Positions 38,895 to 53,681 of a DNA stretch of 64,000 bases are shown piece after piece. The DNA is from Octopus sinensis (lineage: Eukaryota). Positions within the stretch are counted from its first letter, which is position 1. Each line of letters opens with the position of its first letter. Below the pieces are notes generated by a model. That model searched no databases, had not been told where the DNA came from, and saw only the letters and a program-made list of their open reading frames with translations. Location: contig NC_043000.1 of the NCBI RefSeq assembly GCF_006345805.1, positions 82,212,001 through 82,276,000 of the forward strand, in the 5' to 3' direction. Made by a program: the position numbers and the translations under genes.

Positions 38895-39699
38895 TCGTTT
38901 TGCAAGATTCCTGATATGAACTCTTGTGTTGAAACAGTTGTTGTATATGGGGAGGGTCATGTTGCCAATATAGTCAATGAAAACACACGCACTATATATT
39001 TGGCGTTCATTGCTTCAGCTTTATTTCATATTAATTGTATTTCGGTAAAAGTTCTTTCGTTACACTTCTGTGGCCTCATCAGTTGTCCTTTGCTTTCTTT
39101 CTTTTTTGTGTCTCTCCTTCCAAACGGTCTGTCATTTTGTGTTCCTATTGTATGTGACTTTAATTGCGCATGCGTTTATCCCTGTCTATGTGTATGCTAT
39201 ATGTGGGGGAAAGTATGATTATTCCCACACCAAAATCCCAAATATAGCAATACATATATTCATATATGTGTGTGTGTGTGTGTGTGCATGTATATATGTG
39301 TGTGTATATGTATATATCTATATATTATATATACAAATGTGTGTATATATATATATATATGTATATATTTATATATGTGTGTGTGTGTGTGTATGTAGTG
39401 GTTGTGTGTATATGTGTATGTATAAAAATACTTTACAAGCATGTATATAGAGAGGGATATATGTGTGTATGTGTCTGTGAGTGAATCTATGTACACGTGT
39501 GCGTGCATGTGGAGTGAAGGGACTAGAAATTGTGGCGCCCTCTATTCCACTCTAGTCTACCTCCTCCTGAGGTAGTTTCTTCTGATGTCAATTAAGGTTC
39601 CGGTAAAAGGAGGAACTATTGGAACAACTGTAACCGTGTGGTGTGTGCATTATAACGTAGTGGAGCTAATGTGGGTTGCAACGGTGAGGACGGGAGTTG

Positions 39700-40287
39700 T
39701 AGGTCGTGCTTAATGGCGGTTGTGTTGGTTGAGGTAATGGTAATGGTGGAGGTGGTGGTGGTGAAGCGATGGTGGTGGAGGCGGTGGCGGTAGAGATGAT
39801 GGTGGTGTTGGCGGTGGCGGCGGCTATGGCGGTGGTGGTGGAGTGTTGTGTTTATGGGGGTATGGTAGGGTGCGATGGTGGTGGCTAGGGTGATGTGGTT
39901 AGTGATAGTGGTATTGGATGAGATGGTAGTGGCGGTGGTGATATAGCTACTGATAGTGGTACTGGAAGGTATGGTGGTGGTGGCAATGATGGGTAGTGGT
40001 GGGGTCGGTAGTAGCCATGCTGATGATGACAAAGACGATGACGAAAACGATGATGGCATTGACGACAATGACAATGATTATGGCAACGTCGACGACGAAT
40101 ATGATGAAGATGATGACGCGGATGATGACGAAGATGATGACAATGATGATGATGTACATTATGGCGAGGATGATGATGATGGTTTAGTATGATGATTACG
40201 ACAACAACGATGTTGATGGTGATTATGATGATGATGGTGATGATGATGGTGATAATGCTGATGATGATGTTGATTGTGATGATGATG

Positions 40288-40353
<66 letters not shown>

Positions 40354-40577
40354 TTACCAGTGATGGTGTCCATGATAAAGTGTAGTAGAGATGATATCAG
40401 TAACAATAGCCCTCCCAGCATCACTACTACTGCTACTACCATTACCACTACTACTACTACCGCACCACCTCCACTACTACTACCGCCACCACCACCACCA
40501 CAACAACTACCGCCGCCGCCACCACTACCATCACAACCAACACCACCACCACCGCCACCACCACCACCACCACCACC

Positions 40578-40624
<47 letters not shown>

Positions 40625-40650
40625 CACTACTACTACTACTGCTGCTGGCT
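39700..40650. repeat. Compound trinucleotide tract (GGT/GGC)-(GAT)-(CCA/CTA)
   Basis: Read directly; generates spurious poly-G/P/M/H ORFs. Confidence 0.9.
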
Positions 40651-41653
40651 TTTCCAGACGCTGCTCTCAACAGGCTGTAGAGTAAACCAACTACGATGGA
40701 AGACAGTAACCATGGTGATGGTGGAAATAAATTGTGTTAGACGCTACGCATATTCAGTTCCTATGGATACGACAGAGTGCACAGATGATGCAGAGCCGCG
40801 TAGAGGTTGTTGGTGGAGTTGGCTATCGAGAAACAAACAAATATACATGCATATATAGATATATACACATACACACATATATACATACATTTATACGTAC
40901 ATACATACGTACATACATACACACAGACAGACAAACATAAACACACATACATACAGGCAGACAGATGTAAGCATGCATACATGTATGTATGCATGCATAC
41001 ATGTATGTATGCATGCATACATGTATGTATGCATGCATACATACATACACACATACAGACATACACACACAGACTTATACATACAGACATATTTACATAC
41101 ATAATACACGCACATATGCATGCAGACACATACACACACATATATTTGTGTGTCTGTCTCTGTGTGTATGGGAGCAATACCTACCTACATAGCTACAAGC
41201 ATACATACCTACATGCATAATACATATATACATACACATACAACACGTGTGTATGTGTATATGAATGTGTGGTAGTGATACCTACATACATACATACATA
41301 CATTTTTACATACATACATACATGCATGCATACAAACATACATACATGCATGCATACAAACATACATACATACATACACATACATACATACATACATACA
41401 TACATACATACATACATACATACATACATACATGCACACTCATCTATATGTATGTGTTGGGTATGTTTTATTTTTTTTATTTTGCAAGGAAAAGGTTGAT
41501 AGGGACTTCGAAGTATCTGTTTAATCAATCGAAGATTACTAAACCGAAATTTCGAAATAAATGTCAAACCTTTTTGTAAAAAATAAAGCAGATATGAAAT
41601 CTACTTAAAAGTATGGAATGGTACTTTACTTTGTGGCTGACTGTCGTTATATA

Positions 41654-41891
41654 CAGCAATCCCTCGCCATATCGCGGTTCACCTATTGCGCACTCAGTAC
41701 ATCGCGGTTTCCCTATCGCTCACTCAGAACATTGCGAATTTTTCTGGCTAATATATGTAAATTTATATATCGGACTTCTCAATATATCCGATGTTTCTGC
41801 GGCCTATAAGTATTTATAGTTTTTTTTAGATTTTAATGATTTCTGCGGGAGGTTTTGGAACGTAACACCCGCGATAGTCAAGAGGCTGCTG
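41654..41891 (+). mobile_element. Tigger/pogo-like MITE
   Basis: TA-CAGCAATCCCTCGCCATATCGCGG..CCGCGATAGTCAAGAGGCTGCTG-TA (TIRs with TA TSD). Confidence 0.75.
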
Positions 41892-41947
41892 TATAAATAC
41901 ACTTGTAAGTGAACACATGCACACACATACGCACAAGCAGACCGACA

Positions 41948-41997
<50 letters not shown>

Positions 41998-42289
41998 GGT
42001 TGGATGGATGGATGGATGGATGGATAGATGGATGGATGGATGGACGGACGGCTTGATGGGTGGATACTCAGCTAGCTAGCTAGATAGATAGATAGGTAAA
42101 TAGATAAAGAGAGAGGGTGAGACAGACAAACAGACAGACAGATAGACATGCAGATAGACAGACAAACAAACAGACAGACAGACAAACTGACAGACAGACA
42201 AATAGATAGATAGATATACATATATACATGTACACACAAGCATATACACACATGTATTTAAAGTAAAATTGAAAAACAAGATTCATATA

Positions 42290-43425
42290 TTATAGTTAGA
42301 CACCTTTATTGAACCACACATTTTTTTAAAACCATTACCTTTCGCCATCTTTGAGGCAGCTTCATGATCATTGGTCGATGTGGTTTTTACAGTTTTCCAA
42401 TGAATTTAAGAGAATTTGGTAAGGATCGAAATAAATGGTGTTCTGAAAGAGCAAGGTCAGGTGTTATGGTGGATGTCATAGGACATCCTAACCAAGCTGT
42501 ATTGACTTCTGTCGGGTCTGCTAGGAAGCATGAGGTCTAGCGTTTGCCAATTTTGGACGATTTTCATCGACTGCCTCCTTTAATCAGTCTAATTAAGGCC
42601 AATAATTGTCTGAGTTTAACGTTTGATTTTGTGGAAAGAGCTCGTAGAGCCGAATGACTTTCCAGCCCCACCAGATACAGAACATCACCCTCTTTGAAAA
42701 CTGATTGGCTTTTGAAATTATTGAAGATATTTCGTTTCGCTTTCTCCAGGGAATTTTTCACTCCACATTGTTGTAAACAATCCATTTTGCCTCATCTGTG
42801 AATAGCTCTTGTCAGAAATGGGTCGTTCTTGTTGCGTTTGAAAAGTGAACCGCAGACGGAAATGCGGTCTATTAATATTTTTTTTCCGTTAAATAACGTT
42901 GCATACGAACATTCAATTCCTGTACCCATGTGTTTTAAACGACATAGAACATTCATATGAAATATGTGGAGCGTCTCAGCGCTGTCTTGTTGTTTTACCT
43001 GAATTATTTTTGTTAGCGTTTTTATTTGGTCATCATCAACGATTGTGAGTCTGCCGGAGCGTTCACGGTATTCCAGATAAAAAAATTTTACTCCTAAACC
43101 TAGCGAGCCACTTATGAACGACCTTCTCCACTATGGCACCTTCTCTTTAAACTACACATATTGTTTTTGCTTCTTGTACAGCGTTTTTGCCTTTTCGGAA
43201 ATAAAAGATCATCAAACGAAGAAAAAGTGTATCTCATTTTCTTGCATATTCACTTTTAAAGTAAAAACACAATAAATGAGTTAACCACACAGTAATCGTA
43301 TAGAAAGACGTCTTCAAATGTCTTTCAGAAAATATGAGTTATATGCTTCAGTTATGTGAAAAATGAAATCACGCGTTTAAACGCCACTGATTGAAAAATG
43401 GTACGAACTTTTGTTTCAATCCCTA
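42290..43425 (-). mobile_element. Decayed mariner transposon
   Basis: Minus strand has a TIR-like TAGGGATTGAAACAAAAGTTCG, DNxRPH-like and HPP..DLA.SEHHLFRS-like remnants; frameshifted. Confidence 0.75.
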
Positions 43426-43518
43426 CATACATATACACACACATACATACATGCATGCATGCATGCATACATACATACACACGCGCACATATGTATATAC
43501 TAATGTATGTATAGATAA

Positions 43519-43599
<81 letters not shown>

Positions 43600-45189
43600 G
43601 TCTATGTGTGCGTGTGCGTGAATGTGTTTGTGTGTGTGTAAGCGTGTCTGTGTACATGTAGGGAGAGTGTTTTCACAACCCTTGAATATTTTCTCTACAA
43701 TCTTACCTAATAAGAACCGGTTACAATCCACCAGTTTTTAATTTTAATCTGTACACAAATTTTATCTTGAAGTCTTTAACTGTAAGGTATCATCTTCAAT
43801 ACTTAAGGAGGGATCATACAATTGTGTTAAGAATTTCACTTCTTTACTTCATCACTCATAATTTCTTCTGTCCTTTAATTTTAGTTCTTACACATAAACT
43901 TTAGGTTTTTTCACGTTTTGTCTTTATTGTTAAATTTTTGAGTTTCATTTCTAAATTTCTATTAAGTGGCTGGAATGGTGGGTAGGGGGTGCATTAGCCC
44001 CTTAACTAATAATTCTTGACATGGCTTCATTCATTTCCGACTACACGGCATGTCAAGTTCTGCTTTTAAGGTTCAAGTTACATAACGGAATCGCCACCCC
44101 CATACATTTTATTTTTTTCACTAATTACTTTTTTGTTCCCTTATTACTTACCTTGAGTTTGGTAAGTAGAGCTACATACTGCTTGAAGCGCTTCATTGAA
44201 GGATTTCTCGAGCGGTTGAGTGTCCATCATTGGCAAGACCCAGGAAGGTTGAAATCACGTGAACTGGTGATCTCGGCACTGGAGATGGCAAGTGTTTATC
44301 TCCCTGCTAGTGATATAAACAAGTGTTCATTTTGCACTGCAAGCCAACATGAAAGTTTTTTCTCATAGTAACTACCGCAATATAGTTTGTCCTAGCACAA
44401 CGTCCACGTTTAAGTGGGGATAAATATTACCTTTCGATATTATTACTGCCACCTTCGCTAATATATATTTATATCTAAGAAGGATTTCATGTCTCCTGAT
44501 CAGAATAACGTTGCGTTTTCTCAGCAAGTGCTGCCTGCGAACTGTTCTGTATCTTCCGCGGTTTTCACCGGAGAAACTGCGGCGGGTGAGAAACGCCAAA
44601 GAAGAAAAGAGTCATCGTTATGAGCCCCATCAAGCCAAAGCTTACATATTTGCGCCAAGTGTGTGATAGCCAGTCATTCAAGGATCGGTTTACATTGTCA
44701 TTTAATGGCTTACTGTTCTACCTCGTGATCTTTAGACACGGAGAACGACCATTGTCATCATCATCGTCGTCGTTGTCGTCGTCGTCGTCGTCGTCATCAT
44801 CAGCATCATCATCTTCACCATTACTTACCTTCGTCTACTTAAATTAGTTATTGTTCTAATTTCTGCCTAATACCTTATTTCATACATTTTTACATAATAT
44901 ACCTTATATACAGAGGTCCGTTCCAGTTTTTTACTCGTATCCATCATTACAGTCTTGTCTAGCGTTCTCCCATCTACCCTTAAATTACAACCATAATTTG
45001 CCTTATTGCTTTTTTGTTTTCGTTTCATTTCATTCCTACCTTAACCCTAATAAACTGACACGCCATTATCATCATCATCCTATGTAATTGACTTAGCCCC
45101 TTCACCTTGTGCCAAAATTAGACTTCAATATTTCATCTTGCAAAATAAAACGTGGAAAGTGTAATGACAGCTGCTTCTGACTGGACTCT

Positions 45190-45372
45190 ATGGAAGAGGT
45201 GCCTGAGGAGCCTAACCTCAAAACCCTCCCAGATTTGGGTGGAGACAAAATTACACAATTACGTCACATTGCGGACACATTACTCTAACCACAAGATGAA
45301 CTTCCAACAATTTATACGCTTTGGAAAACTACTTTGCAATTCGATGAGGGTTAATAAGCCGAAACTTCGAAA
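45190..45372 (+). pseudogene. Possible RTE RT fragment
   Basis: LGGDKITQLRHIADTLL resembles RTE IxGxxINNLRYADDTTL; weak. Confidence 0.35.
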
Positions 45373-45375
45373 CGT

Positions 45376-45426
<51 letters not shown>

Positions 45427-45429
45427 AGG

Positions 45430-45464
<35 letters not shown>

Positions 45465-45502
45465 AAGAAAGAAAGAAAAAAGAAAGAAAGAAAGAGAGAG
45501 AG

Positions 45503-45545
<43 letters not shown>

Positions 45546-45656
45546 AAGAAAAAAAGAAAGAAAGAAAGAAAGAAAGAGGAAGGAAGGAAGGAAGAAAGAG
45601 AGAAAGAGAGAGAGAGAGAGAGAAAGAAAGAAATAAAGGAAGGAAGGAAGGAAGAA

Positions 45657-45691
<35 letters not shown>

Positions 45692-45729
45692 AAGAAAGAA
45701 AGAAAGTGAGAAAGAAAGAGAGAGAGAGA

Positions 45730-45807
<78 letters not shown>

Positions 45808-46365
45808 GAAAGAAGGAAGGAAGGAAGAAAGAGAGAAAGAAAGAAAGGAAGGAGGAAGGAAGGAAGGAAGGAAGGAAGGAAGGAAGGAAGGGAAGAAGGA
45901 AGGAAGGAAGGAGGGCAGAAAGAAAAAAGAGTAAGAGAGAGAAAGAGAGAAAACGTGAAAGTAAGGAAGAAAGAGAACAAAAGCGAGAGAAAGGAAGAAA
46001 GAGACAGAGAGTAAGAACGAGAGAGAGAGAAAGAGAATGAGAGAGAGAGAAAGACAGTGAGAAGAAGCGAGAGAAAGAGAGAAAAAAACGGAGACGTGAA
46101 AGAGTAAGGAAGAAAGAGAACCAAAGCGAGAGAAAGGAAGAAAAGACAGAGAGTAAGAACGAGAGAGAGAGAAAGAGAATGAGAGATAGAGAAAGACAGT
46201 GAGATAAGGCGAGAGAAAGAGAGAGAAGAGAGAGAGTGAAAGAGAGAGAAAGTGAGAGAGAGAAAAGTGTGTTCTGTGAGAGAGAGAGAGAGGAAAAGAG
46301 AAAAAGAGAGAGAAGAAAAGAGAAAGAGAGAGAGAGAGAGGAAATTAGAAAGAGAGAGAGAGAGG

Positions 46366-46407
<42 letters not shown>
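45376..46407 (+). repeat. ~1 kb polypurine (GAAA/GA/GGAA) tract with an internal ~130 bp duplication
   Basis: Almost pyrimidine-free; ~45955-46082 is repeated at ~46095-46225. Confidence 0.92.
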
Positions 46408-46408
<1 letters not shown>

Positions 46409-46824
46409 TGACTGAAGGATAGGATTTGACCAGTAATAACTTAGAAATACCACAAGGTTAATGATAATTTCTCTGTCACTTAAATAATAAAAGAATTAGC
46501 TTGTAACAAGGCATCATATACGGTTGTTTGATACTTTTCACATAAATTTGAAAATATCAAAGTTTATAGAAACAAATCGAATAGAAGAATGTGCACTGTT
46601 TCTTTTGTTTGTTTGAGGTCCTAGATTGCATTAAAACGGTAACGCTTTAAAGAATTTGACCAGTCAAGCGTACCCGAATCAGTTAACAGATCAACACTAA
46701 GTATGAATCGCTGAGAAGCAAACTCAACACCGACACACAGACACACAAACCCTTACATACAGATATTAACATGCACACACACTTATATGTGTGTGTATTC
46801 ATGTATGTACATATAAGGTTTATA

Positions 46825-47071
46825 CAGTAACGCTTCCCTTTACGAGGACCCGCTTTACGAGCCTCGAGCTTACGAGTTTTATTTTATAATAACTGTGTAG
46901 CAACGTCGCAACATGTGACAACACTGGTTCTGACGCGTCTACACAGCGACGGAGTAAATTGACGGCATAAAATTTCATTGCTACCATGGGTAATTATTGC
47001 TCCGCTTTATGAGTTTTCGCTTTACGAGAGATCTCCAGGAACAAATTAACTCGTATATGGAGGCATTACCG
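46825..47071 (+). mobile_element. Tigger/pogo-like MITE
   Basis: TA-CAGTAACGCTTCCCTTTACGAG..CTCGTATATGGAGGCATTACCG-TA; internal TTACGAG repeats. Confidence 0.75.
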
Positions 47072-47083
47072 TATTTGCATATA

Positions 47084-47235
47084 CAGGAGTGGCTATATGG
47101 TAATTAGCATGCTTACCAACCATATAGCTCCTGGTTCAGTTCCACTGCGTGGCACCTTGAACAAGTGTCTTCTTGCCTCAGGCCGATCAAAGCCTTGTGA
47201 GTGGCTTTGTTAGACGGAAACTGAAAGAAGCCCGT

Positions 47236-47320
<85 letters not shown>

Positions 47321-47523
47321 GTGTTTGTCCCCTCAGCATCGCTTGACAACCGATGCTGGTGTGTTTACGTCCCCGTAACTTAGCGGTTCGGCAAAAGAGA
47401 CCAATAGAATAAGTATTAGGCTTACAAAGAATAAGTCCCGGGGTCGATTTGCTCGACTAAAGACGGTGCTCCAGCATGGCCGCAGTCAAATGACTGAAAC
47501 AAGTAAAAGAGTAAAGAGTAAAG
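47084..47523 (+). mobile_element. SINE family A, near full length
   Basis: CAGGAGTGGCTATATGG head, internal (TA)n(TG)n, GTAAAAGAGTAAAGAG tail. Confidence 0.88.
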
Positions 47524-47534
47524 TGTATATGTCC

Positions 47535-47706
47535 CTGGCTCTCCGTCGGTTACGACGACGAGTATTCCAGTTGTTTCGATCAACGGAACAGCTTGCTCGT
47601 GAAATTAACGTCCAAGCTACTGAGTACTCCACAGACACGCGTACTCGTAACATAATTCTCAGAGGGATTCAGCGTGACACAGAATATGACAAGACTGACC
47701 CTTTGA
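47535..47706 (-). mobile_element. SINE family D 3' part
   Basis: Reverse complement of 53535-53681. Confidence 0.8.
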
Positions 47707-48535
47707 ATCGCAATCATCCACATGGCTCCATGTTTACCTCCAATCTGCATAATATGATGTGACTGAGAGACAAATCTCCCCTTGGAAGATGCGAGTTTAT
47801 CACTGTTAATGTTTCCCACAAGAATAATTTAACATTACGTAAGCTAGTTAAACTCGTTAACTAAACTGTCTGGCTACCGTTTGCTACCTTTTTACCGTTA
47901 TTTGGACTAAGTTGTTGGTCGTGTTATTGGCCAACATTATGCATATATATGATGAAAACTTTTCCGGCAGAGAACATTCGGTCTATTTTCGAGATACATT
48001 ACATCTAAGATTACATTATCTTCGTTGTTTAAGGCGGTAAGGTGTTATTGGAGGGATATTTGGATACTATTTCTAGATGGAGTGAGCTATTTGAGCGGAA
48101 TATGTTTGGGTCACACTCGAAGCGAGGTGCCTAGGACATGATACGAACCGTTGCTGTCTAAGTTATTTTCTATTTACCCTTCTGTGCGGTCACGTTAATA
48201 GCTGACATCATACAGGTAAATGTAACATTGAAGCTACTACTTTAATCAAGATGATATGCATGTGGAGAGAAACACACACATTTATGTAAGCAGGTGTGCG
48301 TGTATGTTTTATATGTATATATGTATATGTATGTATGAATGTATGTATTTATTAGAAGAGAAAGAAGGAGGTCGAAAAGGAGAAAATGTCTTTGTCTTTG
48401 ATAAGATGGAACATCTCAAATAATGATATGTACACAAAATGGTGGCGTGAGAGCTAACCAGAATGTCTCTTGGCAATCCGTGCTGAGTAATGACGTAACT
48501 GCTTCTAATTGGTCGTAAATATACGTATGTTAGAA

Positions 48536-48589
<54 letters not shown>

Positions 48590-48703
48590 GGAATTATATG
48601 TATGTGCGTGAGCATGCATTTACTGACATATACTACATACACTGCACCTACCCCTGACATATGAATGTGCGTATATATCTATGAATGTATGCATGCATGC
48701 ATG

Positions 48704-48745
<42 letters not shown>

Positions 48746-49138
48746 GTGTGTGTGTGTGTATGTGTGTGTGTGTGTGTATGTATGAGAAACCCTTCTCATT
48801 ATCAGCTATTTTCAACAGATTCATGCGAGTTTCTTCTGCACCACCAGGTGTATCTCCATATTCTTTGGGTAGGTGTGCAGTATTATTTTGGGTCGAAGTA
48901 GGATTGTATGTGTATATCATATTTGTTTTGCTTATATGGTTTTTTTTTGCGTTATTATTAGTGTCTCTTCTGCTTTTTGATGTAGTGTATGTGCAATGTA
49001 AGTTGTGTGACAATGTTGGGTGGTGTTTGTGTTTCGTATATGTTATGTGGGTTGTATTATGGAAACTCACGTACCAGACATGCAAACATGTTGAATTTAA
49101 CTATTTCCCCGCAGAGTGAAAAAAAAAATGGTGAAGAT

Positions 49139-49179
49139 CCTTAATCGATTTTCGTCTCTTACTGATGTGTCATCAGAGG
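49139..49179 (-). ncRNA. Type I hammerhead motif (helix II decayed)
   Basis: Minus strand: CCT-CTGATGA-CACATCAGTAAGAGAC-GAAA-ATCGAT-TA-AGG. Confidence 0.7.
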
Positions 49180-49415
49180 TGGCTAAATCACTTACCAATC
49201 CCAGAGAAAGAAATATCCAGTTCATATATATATACATCAAATCTATTAACTCTAGAGAACTGGTGCTTCTAATTTGCATATTTAACAATTTATTTTCTAT
49301 CAGAGGCCAGTCAAGAAAAACGCAGTCACACAGTACCAAGGTATAATATAATATATGTAAACCCACGTAGCAGATACACAAACATGACCAATGTTACTTT
49401 TGATAAAATGAATAG

Positions 49416-49456
49416 CCTTAATCGACTTTCGATCCTTATCGGGATCTCATCAGACG
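49416..49456 (-). ncRNA. Type I hammerhead motif (helix I decayed)
   Basis: Minus strand: CGT-CTGATGA-GATCC-CGATAA-GGATC-GAAA-GTCGAT-TA-AGG; perfect 5-bp helix II. Confidence 0.8.
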
Positions 49457-49821
49457 TGTCTATATCATTTGGCCAACACCAATGAAGCAAGAAGTCAATC
49501 CGTTTATATACATACCAAATCTAATCGCCCCAGAGAGCTACGGTTACTAATTTGCATGCTTTGAATGCTCAATACTTTAGTTAACGTCAGAGGCTTGTGA
49601 ACAGGGAACCCAGTCTGCACATTATCAAGAAACTGTAAAATATATATAAATCTATATAGTAGGCATAAAAGCATGGTAAATTTATCTTAACTTTTTCTCC
49701 GTAGAACAGAAGAGAAAATTACGAACAGTCTCAATCGATCTCCAAACCTTAGCGGCGTCTCATCGAAGCTATTGACATTGCTTGGCCAATCAACAGGAAC
49801 AAGTAGCTAATCCGTTTATAT

Positions 49822-50061
49822 CAGTTGTTCTCAACCGGGGTCCATATGAGATCCGTATAAGATTTTGTTGTTAAAATTTATGAGTAATAAACTTGCTTAT
49901 ATTTCTACAATGCACAACATTCTATAGCAATTTTCTTCTATGCAATTCCTAACAATATTCAATAGTAAAAATATGATTTTAAAAACATCGAATGGCTATG
50001 AGGGTTCATCCAAGCAAAAAAGGAATCAAAGGGGTCTATAAGTAAAAAAGGGTTAGCAACT
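49822..50061 (-). mobile_element. hAT/Charlie-like MITE
   Basis: CAGTTGTTCTCAACC..GGTTAGCAACTC; reverse complement of 4624-5156 without the SINE. Confidence 0.75.
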
Positions 50062-50278
50062 CCAGAGAATTAACATACTGTGTTAACATTTTATTTACTA
50101 TCAGCGGCTTGGGCTCTGCTGTGTGGTACAATCTTATTTGGTACTTGTGAAGAACATGAGTTGTATTAGTTGTATTATATATGTATCTTTGCGTGTAAGG
50201 GTGGTGAATGTGTAGAGTAATGGTTGTTTAATGGGGTCCATAAGGGCCTTGATGTGGATTCCATGCGAGATTTGGTAC

Positions 50279-50420
50279 TCTCTTTTACTCTTTTACTTGT
50301 TTCAGTCATTTGACTGCGGCCATGCTGGAGCATTGCCTTTTTAGTCGAGCAAATCAACCCCAGGACTTATTCTTTGTAAGCTTAGTACTTATTCTATCGG
50401 TCTCTTTTGCCGAACCGCTT
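50279..50420 (-). mobile_element. SINE family A 3' tail
   Basis: CTCTTTTACTTGTTTCAGTCATTTGACTGCGGCCATGCTGGAGC..TTTTGCCGAACCGCT. Confidence 0.85.
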
Positions 50421-50989
50421 ATATGTGATCCAACCGGTCGATGATCAAAATCGTTTTTAACCAATGTTCTTTTCTCTGTTTAAGGCAGCAGGGTTTGATT
50501 TGAGGAATATTTAGTTGCTATTTTTAGCAACTCCAGCGACATGACAGAATTTTGCTGATTGACTCGTGAATGTGTGTGAGTGGCTGTAGGTTGTCAGTAG
50601 GAAGAACGGAAGTCTCGTGAATAGTTGGTGGAAACTATGAGCAGAGTGGAATCATGGGTAGTTCATTGGTGACGTGGTGAAGGAAAGGATTGAAGGAAAC
50701 ATTTTCCTTAGAGCAGTATCGAGATTTGACTAAGCCAAATCAGGATAGGCCAGGGCACACTAAGATCAGAAGAAAGTATATTAGAGCAAATCATATTTTT
50801 CATCAATGTTGCAGTCCAGGAAAAATAAACGGTCACGGGTGTTGCTCTCTTCTTCCTTTAAGTGATATATTAAAAGGATGTACGGTGAATGTGTGAGTCG
50901 GGGTTAAGGGTGTAGTATTATGATTGTTTCCTTGTCCTGTGGAGTGACTGTGTGTGCGTGTTTGTTGTTGGAGATATAGGTTGCTGTGG

Positions 50990-52093
<1,104 letters not shown>

Positions 52094-52542
52094 TTTCTTT
52101 ATTAACCACAAGGATTTAAACATCAACGACAACAACAATTGTTTGTTTGCTATTGCCATAATGTTGATGGATGAGGGCCACGTTACAAGGACAGGTTAGC
52201 AGAAGTAACAAATGTGACATTTAACCTCCTGATATTTTAGTTAGATTTTTAACAACAACAGCAGCAACAACAACGACATCAACAAAAACAACAATAAGTC
52301 GACTGTCATAACAGCAACATACGATAAAACCCGATCCCTAAGTTTTGAATTGTTTTGGGGTTTTTTTTTCTTTTGCTGTTGATGTTGTTGTACAACTATT
52401 GTTGTTGGCTTTAATTTTGAAACTGTTGTGACGTCAGTAGAAAGTAAACGTACACGAATAAGCGCGACAACAAACACAATAACAACAACAACGGAAATCA
52501 CAACAATAACCACAACAACAAAAGCAGCAGCAACAGCTGTAG

Positions 52543-52720
52543 TGGAGGCGCAATGGCCCAGTGGTTAGGTCGTAAGAGCGCAGTTTCGATTCCCAGACCG
52601 GGCATTGTGAGTGTTTATTGAGCAAAAGCACCTAAGCTCCATAAGGCTCCGGTGGGGGCGATGGTGAACCCCGCTGTACTCTTTCACCACAACTTTCTCT
52701 CACTCTTTCTTCCTACTTCT
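52543..52720 (+). mobile_element. SINE family C-related 5' part
   Basis: TGGCCCAGTGGTTAGG, TTCGATTCCCAGACC, CACAACTTTCTCTCACTCTTTC. Confidence 0.75.
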
Positions 52721-53366
52721 TCCACAAAGCAGAGGAACCATGGTGTAACCCACTATGGTGTGGTAAACTTTCAAACCCTAGTCTAGATTGCGAATCCTCT
52801 GTACTCCAAAATGGTTCAGCTCCCCACCCCTTAAAAGCCACCGTTTACGGAATGAGGATAACAACGTAGCTTTCGCGCCCCTGCAGCTGCCAGTCTATCG
52901 CAGTGGTGGGTGGATCTTCAAATTGCCACACGCTTTCTTAGTAGCTTAGAGTAGGCTCGAATTAGAGATTGTTCTTTGTGACTAATGGCGTGAGTTCTGA
53001 TTGGAAGAAGAAGAAGAAGAAGAAGAAGAAGAAGAAGAAGAAGAAGAAGAAGAAGAAGAAGAAGAAGAAGAAGAAGAAGAAGAAGAAGAAAGCAACAGCT
53101 GTAATGATGGTATTAGTTGTAGGAGTCGTAATAATATTGTTGCTTATAAGTAGTCATAGTAGTAGTATTACAACATTGGCGACAGTGTCATACATACATA
53201 CATACATACACACATATGTTTGTATGTATGTATGTATGTATGTATGTATGTATGTATGTATGTATGTATGTACGTACGTACGTACGTACGTACGTACGTA
53301 TGTATGTATGTATGTATGTATGTATGTATGTATGTATGTCTGTATGTATGTATGTATGAATGATTG

Positions 53367-53681
53367 TGAAGGCGCGAGGCTTGGTGGTTAAAATATTCGT
53401 CTCACGATCGTAAGGTCGTGATTTCGATCCCCGGTGACGTGCTATATCCTTGAGCAAGACACTTTACTTCACGTTGCTGCAGTCCATTTAGCTGGCAAAA
53501 ATGAGTTGTACCTGTAGGCCATTCTTCCTACATACTCTGTCATGCTGAATCTCCCTGAGAACTATGTTAAGGTTACGTGCGTCTTTAGCGTACCCAGCCA
53601 CTTGCATGTTAATTTCACGAGCAGGCTCTTCCATTGAAGGCCGTTCCTAGAACAGTCATCGTTGGAACAGACGGAGTGCCA
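53367..53681 (+). mobile_element. tRNA-derived SINE family D
   Basis: GGCTTGGTGG A box, TTCGATCCCC B box, CCTTGAGCAAGACACTT core. Confidence 0.8.

Larger units (their letters stand above)
49060..50110 (-). mobile_element. Diverged tandem trimer of ~280-310 bp HHR-containing units (retrozyme-like array)
   Basis: HHR motifs at 49139, 49416 and ~49729; shared blocks (AATCC.TT.ATAT, CAAATCTA, CTAATTTGCAT, TCAGAGGC); the third unit is interrupted by a MITE. Confidence 0.78.

Noticed and set aside
39030-39090. Minus-strand CTGATGA..GAAA
   Set aside because: Helices I and II do not pair convincingly and there is no palindromic helix III; compatible with chance.
39616-40858. Poly-Pro/Gly/Met/His ORFs
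   Set aside because: Trinucleotide repeats open in several frames; no domain or splice support.
45152-46453. Long K/E/R-rich and F/L/S-rich ORFs
   Set aside because: Stop-free translations of the polypurine tract.
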